Shown piece after piece: positions 28,882-43,242 of a stretch of DNA of 64,000 bases. The notes beneath the pieces are model-generated. The model was not told where the DNA came from. It did no database searches and was given only the letters and a program-made list of their open reading frames with translations. The stretch covers positions 67,704,001-67,768,000 of the forward strand of contig OX597827.1 in NCBI GenBank assembly GCA_951406725.2. Reading direction: 5' to 3'. Every line of letters starts with the position of its first letter. The stretch's first letter is position 1. The position numbers and the translations under genes are program-made. The stretch is from Octopus vulgaris (Eukaryota).

Positions 28882-29275
28882 GCAAGAGTGGCTGTGTGGT
28901 AAGTAGCTTGCTTACCACTACATGGTTTGGGTTCAGTCCCATTGATTGGCACTTTGGGCAAGTGTCTTCTACTATAGCCTCAGGCCGACCAAAGCCTTGT
29001 GAGTGGATTTGGTAGACGGAAACTGAAAGAAGCCTGTCGTATATATATATATATATATGTGTGTGTGTTTGTGTGTGTGTGTTTGTCCTCCCAACATTGC
29101 TTGACAACCGATGCTGGTGTGTTCATGTCCCCGTAACTTAGCGGTTCGGCAAAAAAGACCGATAGAATAAGTACTAGGTTTACAAAGAATAAGTCCTGGG
29201 GTCGATTTGCTCGACTAAAGCCGGTGCTCCAGCATGGCCGCAGTCAAATGACTGAAACAAGTAAAAGAGTAAAAG

Positions 29276-29277
<2 letters not shown>
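28879..29277 (+). mobile_element. SINE-A, full length
   Basis: tRNA-like A/B boxes, ttgggcaagtgtc body, internal (TA)/(GT) tract, tail ending (GTAAAAGA)n. Confidence 0.9.
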
Positions 29278-29315
<38 letters not shown>

Positions 29316-29509
29316 AATAATACATGTGTTCTAACATATATATGGTATATTAAAGGGATGTTATTATATTCATATACACTGACTGTGCCTTTCATCCTCT
29401 CGAGGTCAATGAAACACTACCAGTTGGATACTGCGGTCAATGTATGTGTGAGTGTGTGTGTATATGTATGTACGTGCATTCTATACACGCATAGAAATCC
29501 TATGTGTGA

Positions 29510-29547
<38 letters not shown>

Positions 29548-29875
29548 GGGGGGATGTGTGTGTGTGTCTATGTGTGTATATATACTTAGACTTGTAGAAA
29601 ATGTCTATGTATGTATATATGCATACACGCATAGAAATGTATATGAGGGAGTATATATGTGTGCACGTGTAGGGGGTGGGGCGTGTACATGTGTATGTGA
29701 GCTTCTGTGTGTAATATAAGATTTCTAAAATATATTGATAAGAAATTATTCATACTGCAAGCATTATCTGCCGTAAAACTTAATACTTTGCGCAGAGTGG
29801 AGAGATAAGTTTTATTGTACGAAAATAAATACTCCGATTTTCAGCCCAAGGATTCCTACGTACGACCTTTGTGAA

Positions 29876-30449
29876 GAGGCTGGCAGACATGATAGCACGC
29901 CGGGCGAAATGCTTAGCGGTATTTCGTCTGCCGTTACGTTCTGAGTTCAAATTCCGCCACGGTCGACTTCGCCTTTCATCCTTTCGTGGTCGATAAATTA
30001 AGTACCAGTTACGCACTGGGGCCAATGTAATCAGCTTAATCCGTTTGTCCTCTCTGTGTTTAGGCCCTTGTGGGTTGTAAAGAAATAGGTATTTCGTCTG
30101 CCGTTACGTTCTGAGTTCAAATACCGCCGAGGTCGACTTTGCCTTTCATCCTTTCGGGGTCGATAAATTAGTACCAGTTAAGCACTAGAGTCGATGTAAT
30201 CGACTTAATCCGTTTGTCTGTCCTTGTTTGTCCCCTCTATGTTTAGCCCCCTGTGAGCAGTAAAGAAATAGGTATTTCGTCTGCCGTTACGTTCTGAGTT
30301 CAAATTCCGCCGAGGTCGACTCTGCCTTTCCTCCTTTCGGGGTCGATAAATTAAGTACCAGTTACGCACTGGGGTCAATGTAATCGGCTTAATCCGTTTG
30401 TCTGTCCTTGTTTGTCCTCTCTGTGTTTAGCCCCTTGTGGGTAGTAAAG

Positions 30450-30454
<5 letters not shown>
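29876..30454 (+). mobile_element. SINE-B head-to-tail trimer
   Basis: Units restart at ggtatttcgtctgcc at 29918, 30088 and 30271. Confidence 0.9.
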
Positions 30455-30503
<49 letters not shown>

Positions 30504-30982
30504 GTGTGAGTGTGTATGTATGTATTATGAATCTACCAATTAGAAAAAGGAAAGATAATCAGCTTTGCATAAATATAAGCAAATATGCATATAAGTATAT
30601 AAGTGCACATTTATATAAAACGATGCAGCAAAATTCCAAACATTATTATACAAATAATCTTTGCTGCTTTCATAGCGGTTTGGCAGATTTCGGTGAAAGG
30701 ATATTCTGAATTTGCTCTTCGGGACTTTGTGTGTAGGAATGGGTGCCCTTCGACCCCAGTTGAGGTTGCCAGACAAAACACGACAAAAGGTTTTCTCCGG
30801 AGCAAAATCATATTTGGGCATCATACTGTGTAAGTCTGACCCTTTTCCCTTTTTACGTCCTGGTTCCTTCCCCGCCCCACACACACATAGGCATTCATAT
30901 AGAGACACACACATATAAATGTGTGTTTGTATATGTATGTATATATATATAGTCATACATATATATATACACACACACCTAC

Positions 30983-31041
<59 letters not shown>

Positions 31042-32035
31042 CATAGATAACTATATCTATAAGCAAACATACAGAGAGAAGGAGATAAAGAGAAGCTAGC
31101 GAGAGAGAGAGAGGGAGAGAGAGGAAGAGAAAGAGGAGAGCGAGGGAGAGGGAGAACTTGAAATAGAGAGAGTGTGAAAGAGGCGGAGAGAAAGACAGTT
31201 TTACATGGATATTGCGTTAATCATAGCTCATGTATGTATGTATGTATGTATGTATGTATGTATGTATGTATATATGTATGTATATATGTATGTATGTATG
31301 TATGCAGGTATGTATATATGTATGTATATATGTATGTATGTATGTCTGTATGTATGCATGTATATCTGTATGTATGTATGTAAGTATGTATGTATGCATG
31401 CATGTATGTATATGAATTCGTTAGTGCACGCAAGCATACTAAATATACACACAATATGCACACACAAGTAGACATATATTTATATATGTATATATATGTG
31501 TATATATATATATGTGTTTGTATGCATTTGTGTCAGACAAACTATAGCATTGCATACATGTCAATCCGTTACATATGAAAGCTTTCAATGTCAATACAAC
31601 CGAGCAAAATTAGTGTTGCCAGCGCCGGCAATGTGGCCACAAAATATAGAAAAAACAGTTAATGGGACTTTTATTTGCTGAGTCGCTATTTGCAATATTA
31701 ATGAATATTTCATTTCATTATTTCGTATATTAGAAGCAACGAATTCCCATCAAATCATGCGGTCGACTGGCTGGCTGGAAGTAGACGTCATTGAAAAGAT
31801 ACAAAATGGCTGAAATGCGTCTGGTGGTTTCGTTGGCAGCTCCTGGGATGATTTTTCGTTTCCCTCCGATATTTATTCATTTTTTATTAAACACTGAATG
31901 TCCAAAAGCGAGTCAATCCCCATCGTATCAGAACTACTGGCTTTAAGACGAATGCCGCAGTAATTGGCAAATGAAACTGTGTACATGCATTAAATATGAT
32001 ACGTCGATGGCTATTTTGATCTTATAGTGCCTCAC

Positions 32036-32437
32036 TTACTCTTTTACTTGTTTCAGTCATTTGACTGCAGCCATGCTGGAGCACCGCCCTTAGTCGAGAA
32101 AATCGACCCCAGGACTTATTCTTTGTAAGCCTAGTACTTATTCTATCGGTCTCTTTTGCTGAACCGCTAAGTTACGGGGACGTAAACACACCAGCATCAG
32201 TTATCAAGCGATGTCGGGGGTACAAACACAGACACATACACATATACACACACATATATATAAATACATATTTACGACGGTCTTCTTTCAGTTTCCGTCT
32301 ACCAAATCCACTCACAAGGCTTTGGTCGGTCCGAGGCTATAGTAGAAGACACTTGCCCAATGTGCTCCGCAGTGGGAATGAACCCGGAACCATGTGGTTG
32401 GTAAGCAAGCTACTTACTACACAGCCACTCCTGCGTC
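32036..32437 (-). mobile_element. SINE-A, full length
   Basis: Reverse complement of the 28879-29277 consensus. Confidence 0.9.
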
Positions 32438-32458
32438 TAAGAAGGAAATGAGGAACAA

Positions 32459-32498
32459 CCTTAATCGACTTTGAACCTTACTGGGTTCTCATCAGAGG
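32459..32498 (-). ncRNA. Degenerate hammerhead motif (G12 missing)
   Basis: cct CTGATGA gaacc-cagtaa-ggttc [G]AA agtcgatt A agg. Confidence 0.5.
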
Positions 32499-32579
32499 CG
32501 TCTACATTATTTTGACAGTCTCTTGTTTATACTGGTTTCATATAGATATATAGATATGTAGATATACAGATACATAGCC

Positions 32580-32648
<69 letters not shown>

Positions 32649-32837
32649 AGTGTTCGTGCGTGTGTTCCAGCAACATACTTTCGGGTTCTGTTACACTTCG
32701 TGACGCTTCTGACAAGTGTCCTTTATAATCTTGGGCTGCGCAAAGCCTTATGATTGAGTTTGGTAGACGGAAACTAAAAGAAGCTCATCACACACACAAA
32801 CACACACGCACACACACACACTCACACATATATATAG

Positions 32838-32945
<108 letters not shown>

Positions 32946-32984
32946 TGACAGACAGACAGACAGACAGACAGATAGATAGATAGG

Positions 32985-33058
<74 letters not shown>

Positions 33059-33347
33059 TAGGTGTGTGTATGTATATTAGCGTGTATGCGTGTCTGTGTG
33101 GTGTGTATTTATGTATCTTTGTGTTTGCCCACCACCACAGCTCGGCACCCGGTGTTGGTTTGTTTTATGTCATCGTAATTTAGTGATCCGCCCCCTCCCC
33201 ACCAACACCAAAAAAAGCAAACACGGTAGAATGAATGCCAGGCTATGCAATTTATCTACTAAGGTCAAATACTTTGACAAAACACCTTTCCAGACGATGC
33301 CACAGCATGGCCGGAATCCAGTGGCTGAAACAAATTAAAGGTAAAAT

Positions 33348-33404
<57 letters not shown>

Positions 33405-33419
33405 GGAATAATGAGGATT

Positions 33420-33957
33420 GTAACAGGCAGTGGCTCTCATGGTTTCTGATCTTAACTGATTGGAATTGTTATCATGTACATTGTTTTGTCTTGGTATAAA
33501 AGATGGGCTACAGCAAATATTCTGCTCAATACCACAAATTTGCTTGTCAGTTGTTTGACCATAACCAGTTGATCATGTCCCTTAGTCGCTGACGATATGT
33601 GCATCTCTGATCATGAGCAGAAGTAGTGGGGCAGCATCATAGCCATGTGTTGAGAGGAATTCTTTGGGATTTGAATAAGTCACCCCTGAAAACATGGATG
33701 TTGTGTTCAATATACGTAAAGAACCTTTATTCAAGGACCATTTAAGTGGGATGGGCTACTCGACCAGAAGAAAATTCTAACTGGGCCCCGCCCGCAAGGT
33801 CATGTGCTGTTTATCTTGATATGAGATCACCATGTCGCGCACATATGGTTGTGATGCAGGTGCCTGGTGTACCCTTATCAGACGTGTAGTCATGATGGGC
33901 ATACAGGCCTTCGTATATTTTACCCCAGTCTCATTTTGATGGCATGAACTGCTCTCC
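33420..33957 (+). mobile_element. Unclassified interspersed repeat E adjacent to (TAA)n
   Basis: Inverted partial copy at 36536-36746, also abutting a TAG/TAA-type tract. No ORF recognised. Confidence 0.7.
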
Positions 33958-34040
33958 TTCTTTCCTGAGCGTCCAATAATACCATATTTGTTCCACGTCC
34001 TCGCGTTGTTGTGTTTTTTTTTGTGCTTTCTTGTTTGGAT

Positions 34041-34092
<52 letters not shown>

Positions 34093-34453
34093 TTTAACTC
34101 TTTATAAACCAATGTGAAATACTGCATTTGGATTGTTTTCGTAATTCTCGTTGAGATGACGCTTTGTTCTCTCAGACGATTATCGTCTGCTCCAATCAAA
34201 ATGGACAAATACAAAATGAAACATGAGGCATGTAAAAAAAAATCAAAAAATGAAAACTTCGCATGAACAATGTTTTGACCATTTTATTTGATTAATTGTC
34301 TTTTATCTTTCGGTGGATATTTCTCCCCTGGGAAATTCCTATAATGAGTTTAAAAGTTAGATCCTCTCCGGTGTTTTGTTATGCATTATCTTTGGGCTTA
34401 TTTTTACTTGTATTTGTATGTGTCTATGCATTCGCATGTGTATATATGCATTC

Positions 34454-34616
<163 letters not shown>

Positions 34617-34623
34617 ATGTATA

Positions 34624-34666
<43 letters not shown>

Positions 34667-34944
34667 ATTTGTGTTTATGTGCGTATGTGTGTATGCATAT
34701 CAATGCATATCCTTGTCATGTTGATGATATACGCATGCGTATTGTCTTCGTGTACACGGATCTAAATTGTTCCACGGGGTTGTTTACTGGTTATATTCCG
34801 ATGATAATAAGCATTAATGCTTTTATTACTCTAGGATGCGAGTCCAAATTCCGCTGAGACGACAAATCTTTCATTCCCCCGTGATCGATAAATAAAGCAC
34901 AAATAAAGTAGAAATTAAGTAGCCCATATCCTAAAATTTGCGAA

Positions 34945-35236
34945 GGCACGTAACTTGGTGGTTAGGGGCATTCGGCTCATGATCGTAAGGTCGTGAGTTC
35001 GATTCCCGGCGACGCTTTGTGTCCTTGGGCAAGATACTTTATTTCACGTTGCTCCAGTCTATTCAGCTGGCAAAAATGAGTAGAACTTGTATTTCAAAGA
35101 GCCATCCTTGTCTCACTCTGTGTCACGCTGAGTTTCCCTGAGAACTACAGTAAAGGTACACGTGTATGTGGAATGCTCAGCCACTTGCACGTTAATTTCA
35201 TATGCAGGCTGTTCCGGTCGTAACCGAAAGAGTCCC
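34945..35236 (+). mobile_element. SINE-C, near full length
   Basis: tRNA head (taacttggtggttagg; gagttcgattccc), body gtgtccttgggcaagatactttatttcacgttgctccag. Confidence 0.85.
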
Positions 35237-35459
35237 AGTGCCATCTTGAGAATTACTGGACTTGAGCAAAAATCAGAAACCATTGGCAAGCTGGCAGAAT
35301 CGTTATAGTTATATTTTTGAGATCGAATACCATTCTGGTCAACTTCCACTTTCTTCCCTCCGCGACTGTTGAAATAAATGTCAGTCAAATACTAGATCGA
35401 TGTAATCGACTGACTCCTCCAACGAAAGTCTCTGGCTTTGTGTCAGAATTTTAAATATA

Positions 35460-35883
35460 GGCGTAGGAGTGACTGTGTGGTAAGTAGCTTCCTTACGAAC
35501 CATATGGTTCCAGGTTCAGTCCCCTTGCGTGGCACCTTGGGCGAGCGAGTGTCTTCTGCTATAGCCTCGGGTCGACCAAAGCCTTGTGAGTGGATTTGGT
35601 AGACGGAAACTGAAAGAAGCCCGTCGTATATATGTATGTATATATATATATATGCATGTGTGTGTGTGTATACGTTTTATGTCTGTGTTTGTCCCCCCAA
35701 CATCGCTTGACAACCGATGCTGTTGTGTTTACGTCCCGTAAACCTAGCGGTTCGGAAAAGGAGTCCGATAGAATAAGTACTAGGCTTACAAAGAATAAGT
35801 CCTGGGTCCGATATATTGGACTAAAGGTGGTGCTCCAGCATGGCCACAGTCAAATGACTGAAACAAGTAAAAGAGTAAAAGAG
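35460..35883 (+). mobile_element. SINE-A, full length
   Basis: Same consensus as the other copies. Confidence 0.9.
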
Positions 35884-36407
35884 CAAAAAAGTATTTATTA
35901 ATATTTAGGTGACGCGGTCGACTTGGACTGTTATCTCTTCGAGGTCGATGAAATAAGTACCAGTTTCGCACTGGGGTCGATATAACTGAGTAGCACTCGT
36001 CCCCAAAAGTTTTCAAGGCCTTGTGAACAGAGTAGTAATAATATTAAGGCGGCGAGCTGGTAGAGTCGTTAGCACGGCAGGCAATATGCTCCACAGCTCA
36101 TCGTCCGTCTTCAGGTTCTGAGTTCAGATTCCGCCGAAGTTGATAACAAACATTAACGTTTTTATTACTCTAGGATGCGAGTTCAAATTCCGCTGAGACA
36201 ATAAATCTTTTATTTCCCCGGGATTGATGAAATAAAGTACAAATAAAATAGCAGTTAAATAGTCCATATCCTCAGAATTGTGAAGGCACGTAGCTTAGGA
36301 ACCGCTGAACACTGGGATTGATGTAATCGACCTAGCGATTCTCCCAGACCTGTTGACCTTGTGCCAAAATATGAAACAACTATTATTATTATTATTATTA
36401 TTATAAC

Positions 36408-36452
<45 letters not shown>

Positions 36453-36461
36453 CAGTAGCAA

Positions 36462-36535
<74 letters not shown>

Positions 36536-36900
36536 TTGAGTGAGAGAGCAGTGCATACCATCAAAGTGACACTGGGGTAAAATATGCGAAACCTAGAATG
36601 CCCATCATGACTACCCGTCTGAAAAGGGTACACCAAGCACACACATCCCAACTATTTGTGCGCAACATGGTGATCTCATATCAAGATAAACGGTGCATAA
36701 CCTTGCAGGTCGAGTAGCCCATCCCGCTCAAAAGGTTCTTCAATAAGTCCGACACATTTGTCCGCAAAATATGGGTAGTTTATCCTGTTCATGCTATACT
36801 GCTAGCATTATCCTGCATTTGACAATAAAATTATTTCCTTATCTTTCAATATATCTCAACGATTCTAAAGCAAACTTAGTTTACTTTCATCGTAATTTGA

Positions 36901-36941
<41 letters not shown>

Positions 36942-37021
36942 AGTGTGTGTGTGTGTGTATAGTTGAAAAACAAAAGATGAAGGCAGGTATATGAACAACA
37001 AGCAAGGGAAAGATGAAAAAG

Positions 37022-37055
<34 letters not shown>

Positions 37056-37069
37056 TATGTGTGTGTATA

Positions 37070-37277
37070 TGTTTGTATGTCTGTGTTTGTTCCACCAACA
37101 TCGCTTGACAACCGATGGTGGTGACTTTACGTCGGCAAAAGAAACCTATAGAATAAGTACTAGGCTTCCAAAGAATAAGTCATGGGGTCGATATGCTCGT
37201 CTACATGCGGTGCTCCAGCATGGCCACAGTCAGATGACTGAAGGAGTAAAGAGTAAAAGAGACTATATATATATATG

Positions 37278-37320
<43 letters not shown>

Positions 37321-37697
37321 CCAACCACATGGTTCCGGGTTCAGTCCCACTGCGTGGCACCTTGGGCAAGTGTCTTCTACTGTAGCCTCAGGCCTACCAA
37401 AGCCTTGTGAGTGGATTTGGTAGACGGAAACTGAAAAGAAGTCTGTCGTATATATGTGTATATATATATATATGCATGTGTGTGTTTGTGTGTCTGTGTT
37501 TGTCCCCCTAGCATTGCATGACAACCGATGCTTGTGTGTTTATGTCCCCGTTATATAGCGGTTCGGCAAAAAAAGAGACCGATCGAATAAGTACTTGGCT
37601 TACAAAAGAATAAGTCCCGGGGTCAAGTTGCTCGATTAAAGGCGGTGCTCCAGCATGGCCGCAGTCAAATGACTGAAACAAGTAAAAGAGAGTAAAA
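37070..37697 (+). mobile_element. Two tandem SINE-A copies (a 3' half, then a 5'-truncated copy from 37318)
   Basis: Two tails cagcatggcc.cagtca.atgactgaa. Confidence 0.85.
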
Positions 37698-37699
37698 AG

Positions 37700-37755
<56 letters not shown>

Positions 37756-38257
37756 AGAGAGAGAGAGAGAGAAAGAGAGAGACTTATATACATAGGCAAA
37801 CATGAATACATTAGTAGACATCCAGCAACAGACATTATTAATAAACGTAAATATACATAAGAGCGAACAGTCTCAGTCAGCGAGGTGGAACATTTTTTCC
37901 CAACGCCGTCATATTTATACAAACAACCGGTCGGATCGGCAAAATCGCTTACTATTAAAGGGATAAAAAAATAAAAAAAACAGAAGTAGACGGTGCAGCT
38001 CCGTTAGTCCGGCCAACAGTCAAGACCAATCGGTCAGAAACAAACGAGACATTTATAAACTTTGATACTGTGCCAAATCTTACCAGTAAAGCAATATCTG
38101 TGAGCGGAACACTTTGAGAACAATGAGTATATATGAAGGAAAGCGTTTATGCTGTTTAGTACCTACATAGAGACCCGCATTTGAGTTTATGTATGTGTCT
38201 ATAAAAAGATATGCGTACATATATTGTGTGTTTGTGTGTGTCTGTGTGTCTGTGTGT

Positions 38258-38320
<63 letters not shown>

Positions 38321-38387
38321 CGCATATTTATTCATATATATACATTTAATTATACATATATATGTATTCATATTTATATACATATAC

Positions 38388-38429
<42 letters not shown>

Positions 38430-38434
38430 GCATA

Positions 38435-38504
<70 letters not shown>

Positions 38505-38919
38505 CGAAGATATTTACATGTACATTCATATGCATACAGATATATACGCAAATATACACTCATAAATATATATATACATACATGCCTATATCTAGGTATC
38601 TATATATGTGTATATATATATATATTTGTGTGTATGTATATACTCATAAACACGCAGACACACTCGCATACACACGAATACACACACACACGAACACACA
38701 CACACACACACACATACACACACACACAAACACACACACACACACATACACATACACGTATATATACAAACGCTTCATCCAACTGGAAACCGAATTATCG
38801 ACGTATTTTCTTCCTTGGTTTGTGATTGTTTTTTATTTTACATTTGTTTTTTTTTAATATTTTGTTTTTGTATTTTTGCCCTCCATTTTCATCTAACGCT
38901 AAACAACGCACTTTCACCT

Positions 38920-39800
38920 CTACAACCACCACCACCACTACCACCACTATCACCTCTACAACCACAACCACCACCACCATAACTACCACCACCACAACTA
39001 CCACAACAACCATCAGCACCACTACCACCACAACCACAACCACAACCACCACCACCATGGCCACCACTACCGCTGCTAGCACCAAACAATACACAATTTC
39101 CTTTTTTAACTACCATCACTCTCGTAACTATCACCTCAACAAACACCACACATCATACTATCACCTCTACCTCACCCCAGTTAGACACTGTACAAACACC
39201 ACTACCATTCTACCACAACATTAGCAACAGCCAACCTCACACCTGTACCAAAACAACGCCGGTATTACCAGACACCACCGCCACCATCTCTAGCACCATC
39301 GCCCCCCACCGTCACTATCGCCATTATCCTTTCAGTTGCTAGCATTACCGCCATCACCACTGCCACCACCACTACCATCACCATAACCGCCACTACCACC
39401 ATAACCACCACCACCACCACCATCAACATTTCCATTTTCATCACATCCACCACCATTGATACCACCACTAGCAACACCATCATAACCACTATCACCAACA
39501 CCATCACCGCTACGACCATCGCAACCACCACCACCACCATAACCATTATCACCAACACCACCACCGCAGCCACCACCACCACTGCGACTACTACCTCCAC
39601 AAAAACCACTACCACCACCACCACCACAAGCACAGCTACCATCACCACAACCACCAATACCACACCACCACCACCACCCCACTATTAAAACCACTACTAC
39701 TACTGCCATCCTTATACCCACAACGACTACTAACAAAACCACCTACACTATACCACCACCACTACTACTACTACCACCATCAGAAACAACAATACAACCA
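38920..39800. repeat. Degenerate (ACC/ACT/ACA)n low-complexity tract
   Basis: Directly visible. A similar tract lies at 42710-43375. Confidence 0.9.
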
Positions 39801-39838
39801 CTTTGCAACTGAACGCCACTTCCACTCATACCAATAAT

Positions 39839-40175
39839 AACAAGGGCACTCAGAGGGCGCAAACCTCCACCAAGGCAACACCAACGTCCTCTCAACGATT
39901 AACCAGAGACGATTTTAAAAATGAGGATATCTGAAATAAACTCGACTGCTCTCACAAATGAGAATGCTAAAAATGACCCCGACCGCTCTCAAAAATTAAA
40001 TTTTAAAACAACAGGAAAAATAATCCAGAATCTTTGTCCTGTACCAGATCGATCCCAAAATCTAATCAGTTCGTGCCAGTCATGAGGTCAAACATCCCTG
40101 AAAGTTTCATCCGAATCCATGTAGCGGTTCTTGAGATATCTTGTCCGCGGACAAAGAAACAACAAACACAACTAA
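39839..40175 (+). mobile_element. Helentron-associated non-autonomous element (HINE/DINE-like), 3'-truncated
   Basis: aacaagggcactcagagggcgcaaacctccaccaagg start, gatcccaaaatctaatcagttc and aagtttcatccgaatcc...ttgagatatc...acaaa motifs. Recognised from memory of HINE-like elements. Confidence 0.55.
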
Positions 40176-40293
40176 ATCTTGGGGTTAGTAGCCCGCGCTC
40201 TTAACTACTACGCCATATGCCTGTGGAACTGTATTACCAAACCAGGACTGGTTATCAAGCGACGGTGACAAACACGAACACAGAGACACATGG

Positions 40294-40327
<34 letters not shown>

Positions 40328-40961
40328 GTACACACACGTGTTTGTGTGTGTGTGTGTGATTTCAAATCCTACCGATTCCAGTTTTTCCTTTTATCCTTCC
40401 CGTGGTCAATAAAATAATGTAACAGTCCAGAGGATTCGATCTATTGAATAGTTAGGATGTGGGGGTAACGTACCTTAAAGTATTCGATCCCGTTCTTTGC
40501 GTTTTGAATTATTGAGCGATAGACTTAATCTCGCCCGGTTTAACACTTGGTGCAGTGGACTTCATTACGCTGCAAGCAATAAGGCCAGGCCGCTTGTTTG
40601 AAGAGAATTTCTTCTTTTATTGCCACCATACTCGGTGATCCTAAAAAATAAAATATAGTCATGGGTAGCGCTCTGCCCTCCCTCACTAAGTAGCCACATT
40701 TGATAGTTTTGCTCCAGCTGGCTTTAAAATAACGCTACTAGGAGCCCATCATTGCTAATCTTATCTTACAGCTTGCTTGAACTCCATCTTGTGCAAGACA
40801 TCTATATCCCAGCAAATTATTCCTCTCACTCCTACGTTACTCGGTGTCAGTGGCGTATAACTGACCAGGATCACATTTCCCCTCAATGGGACGTCGAAGG
40901 TTTACTCATTTTACAGCCAAGTGGACTGAAACCAAAGTGAAATGAAGTATTTTGCTTAATA

Positions 40962-41527
40962 TTGGGTTGTCCGAAAAGTTCGTGCCGATTTATAGTAGCT
41001 TACCTTTCGACTTATTTTAGAACCTGTTTGAGTCCATAAAACAGGATTTGACTACACCTCCATTTAGAGCACACTTTAAGCTATCTTTTCGTGGAAGAAG
41101 GTTTATGTTTCTATAATCTGTGTTAATTCTGTAACCCTTTAAAATGGAAGATAAGAAAGTTCATTTTCGGCACTTGATGCTTTGGGAACCAGACAAAAAT
41201 TGCTGCAGCTCGGCTGGGATGAGTTACCCCACCCTCCATATTCACCAGATATTATTCCTTTGGATTTCCACTTATTCAGATCTCTGCAGAATAGTCTTAA
41301 TGGTAAAAATTTCTATTCCTTGGATGACGTAAAAAGACACCTTGATGAATTCTTTGCCATGAAACCACCCCAATTCTGGGAAGAGGGTATTTTCAAGTTA
41401 AAGGAAAGATGGAGACGCATTGTACAACAAAATGGTTCATATTTGGCTGATTAAAAATATAATGGCAAGTATTTATTGACCTTTTTCTTTCTTTTAAAAA
41501 TCGGCACGAACTTTTCGGACAACCCAA
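40962..41527 (+). mobile_element. Internally deleted mariner transposon, nested in a minus-strand SINE-C
   Basis: Perfect 30-bp TIRs ttgggttgtccgaaaagttcgtgccgattt and TA TSD. Confidence 0.95.
41144..41454 (+). pseudogene. Mariner transposase remnant (N-terminus fused out of frame to C-terminus)
   Basis: MEDKKVHFRHLMLWE, then QKLLQLGWDELPHPPYSPDIIPLDFHLFRSLQNSL...FWEEGIFKLKERWRRIVQQNGSYLAD (YSPD motif). Confidence 0.9.
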
Positions 41528-41856
41528 TAAAAATGCACGGCTTAGTTCTGGAATCGAAACTACGATCTTAAGTGCAGCACTCCAAACACTCGGCCACGAC
41601 CCGTCTTTTACAAGATCGACTCATCCATTTTAGTATTATAGTTTGTATTTTTTCGTCCCGCTGGGTTTCCAGCTATTTACTAGCAACACTCCTAACCAGG
41701 CTATCGTAGTGAAGAGGTGCTGGTTACCATTATTATTTCACTTATTTCAACATCGATAGTGATCTTGTTATTGCTATATAATAACAACACAATCTCAATC
41801 GCCACTATGTTTAGTTTCTACTATATTACTGTTGTTGTTCTTCTTGTCGTTGTTAA

Positions 41857-42440
41857 GGCAGCGAGCTGGCAGAAACGTTAGCATGCCGGGCGAAATGCTT
41901 TGCGGTATTTCGTCTGCCGTTATGTTCTGAGTTCAAATTCCGCTGAGGTCGACTTTGCCTTCCATCCTTTCGGGGTCGATAAATTAAGTACCATTTACGC
42001 ACTGGGGTCGATGTAATCGACTTGATCCGTTTGTCTGTCCTTGTTTGTTCTCTCTGTGTTTAGCCCCTTCTGGGTAGTAAAGAAATAGGTATTTCGTCTA
42101 CCACTACTTTCTGAGTTCAAATTCCGCCGAGGTCGACTTTGCCTTTCATCGTTTCGGGGTCGATAAATTAAATACCAGTTACGCACTGGGATCGATATAA
42201 TCGACTTAATCCGTTTGTCTGTCCTTGTTTGTCCTCTCTGTGTTTAACCCCTTGTGGGTAGTAAAGAAATAGGTATTTCGTCTGCCGTTACGTTCTGAGT
42301 TCAAATTCCGCCGAGGTCGACTTTACCTCTCACCCTGTCACTGTCGATTAATTTAGTACCAGTGAAACACTGGGGTCGATGCAATTGACTAGTCCCCTCC
42401 TCCAAAATTTCAGGCCTTGTGCCTTTAGTAGAAAGAATTA
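41857..42440 (+). mobile_element. SINE-B head-to-tail trimer (last unit has tail type 2)
   Basis: Units restart at 41904, 42088 and 42272 (184-bp period). Confidence 0.9.
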
Positions 42441-42976
42441 GCTATAAAACATTAAAAGTCAGTTTCAATTTTAGTGGTCGCTTGATTTGCTAAAAATAGC
42501 AACCAAATCTCTTTCAAATCGTACTTGATAGTCTTAGAAAATGGTATTTAAATATTGTAGTCATCACAATGCCTGGAGAAGAGAGGATGATCATAATGTA
42601 GTCATAATATTGTGGTATGTAATGGTTGGAGAAAACGGGATGGTCATATCTGGAGAACGCTTTTGAGACCGTGTAATCTGGTTCTTAAAAACTAACTCGG
42701 AGGCTAAACAACAGCAACAAGAAAAACAACAACAGCAACAACAACAACAACAACAATCTATCACAACAATAAAACCACTGAGCAGAAATTCTTTAGGAAC
42801 ACAACACCACCACCAACAACAATAACAACAACTACTACTACTACTACTACCACAACTACTACTAATATTACTACTACTACTACTACCACCACTACCACTA
42901 TTACTATTACTACTACTACGACCACCACAACTACTACTAATATTATTACTACTACTACAAGTACTACTACTACTAT

Positions 42977-43015
<39 letters not shown>

Positions 43016-43087
43016 TACCCCTATTACTACTATCACCACAACTATTACTAATATTATTACTACTACAAGTACTACTACTACTACTAT

Positions 43088-43126
<39 letters not shown>

Positions 43127-43210
43127 AACCACCACCACCACTACTACTACTACTACGACCATCACCACTACTATTACTGCTACTAATACTACTTCTACTA
43201 CCATCACCAT

Positions 43211-43242
<32 letters not shown>

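Noticed and set aside
28879-28950. tRNA-like sequences with A and B boxes (also 19525-19595 and 34945-35010)
   Set aside because: They are SINE heads that continue into a shared body and tail, with no complete cloverleaf.
29876-30454. Regularly spaced repeats as a CRISPR array or a retrozyme
   Set aside because: The units are whole tandem SINE bodies with no unique spacers, no cas genes and no hammerhead core on either strand.
38826-39742. Mucin-like Thr-rich or Gly-rich ORFs
   Set aside because: Degenerate trinucleotide tract with stops, bounded by simple repeats. Similar tracts recur at 42710-43375.
41650-41730. Possible HDV-like ribozyme at an RTE-related 5' piece (taaccag...ctggttagg, minus strand)
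   Set aside because: Only a P1-like helix is visible, and I could not assemble P2, P3 or J4/2.
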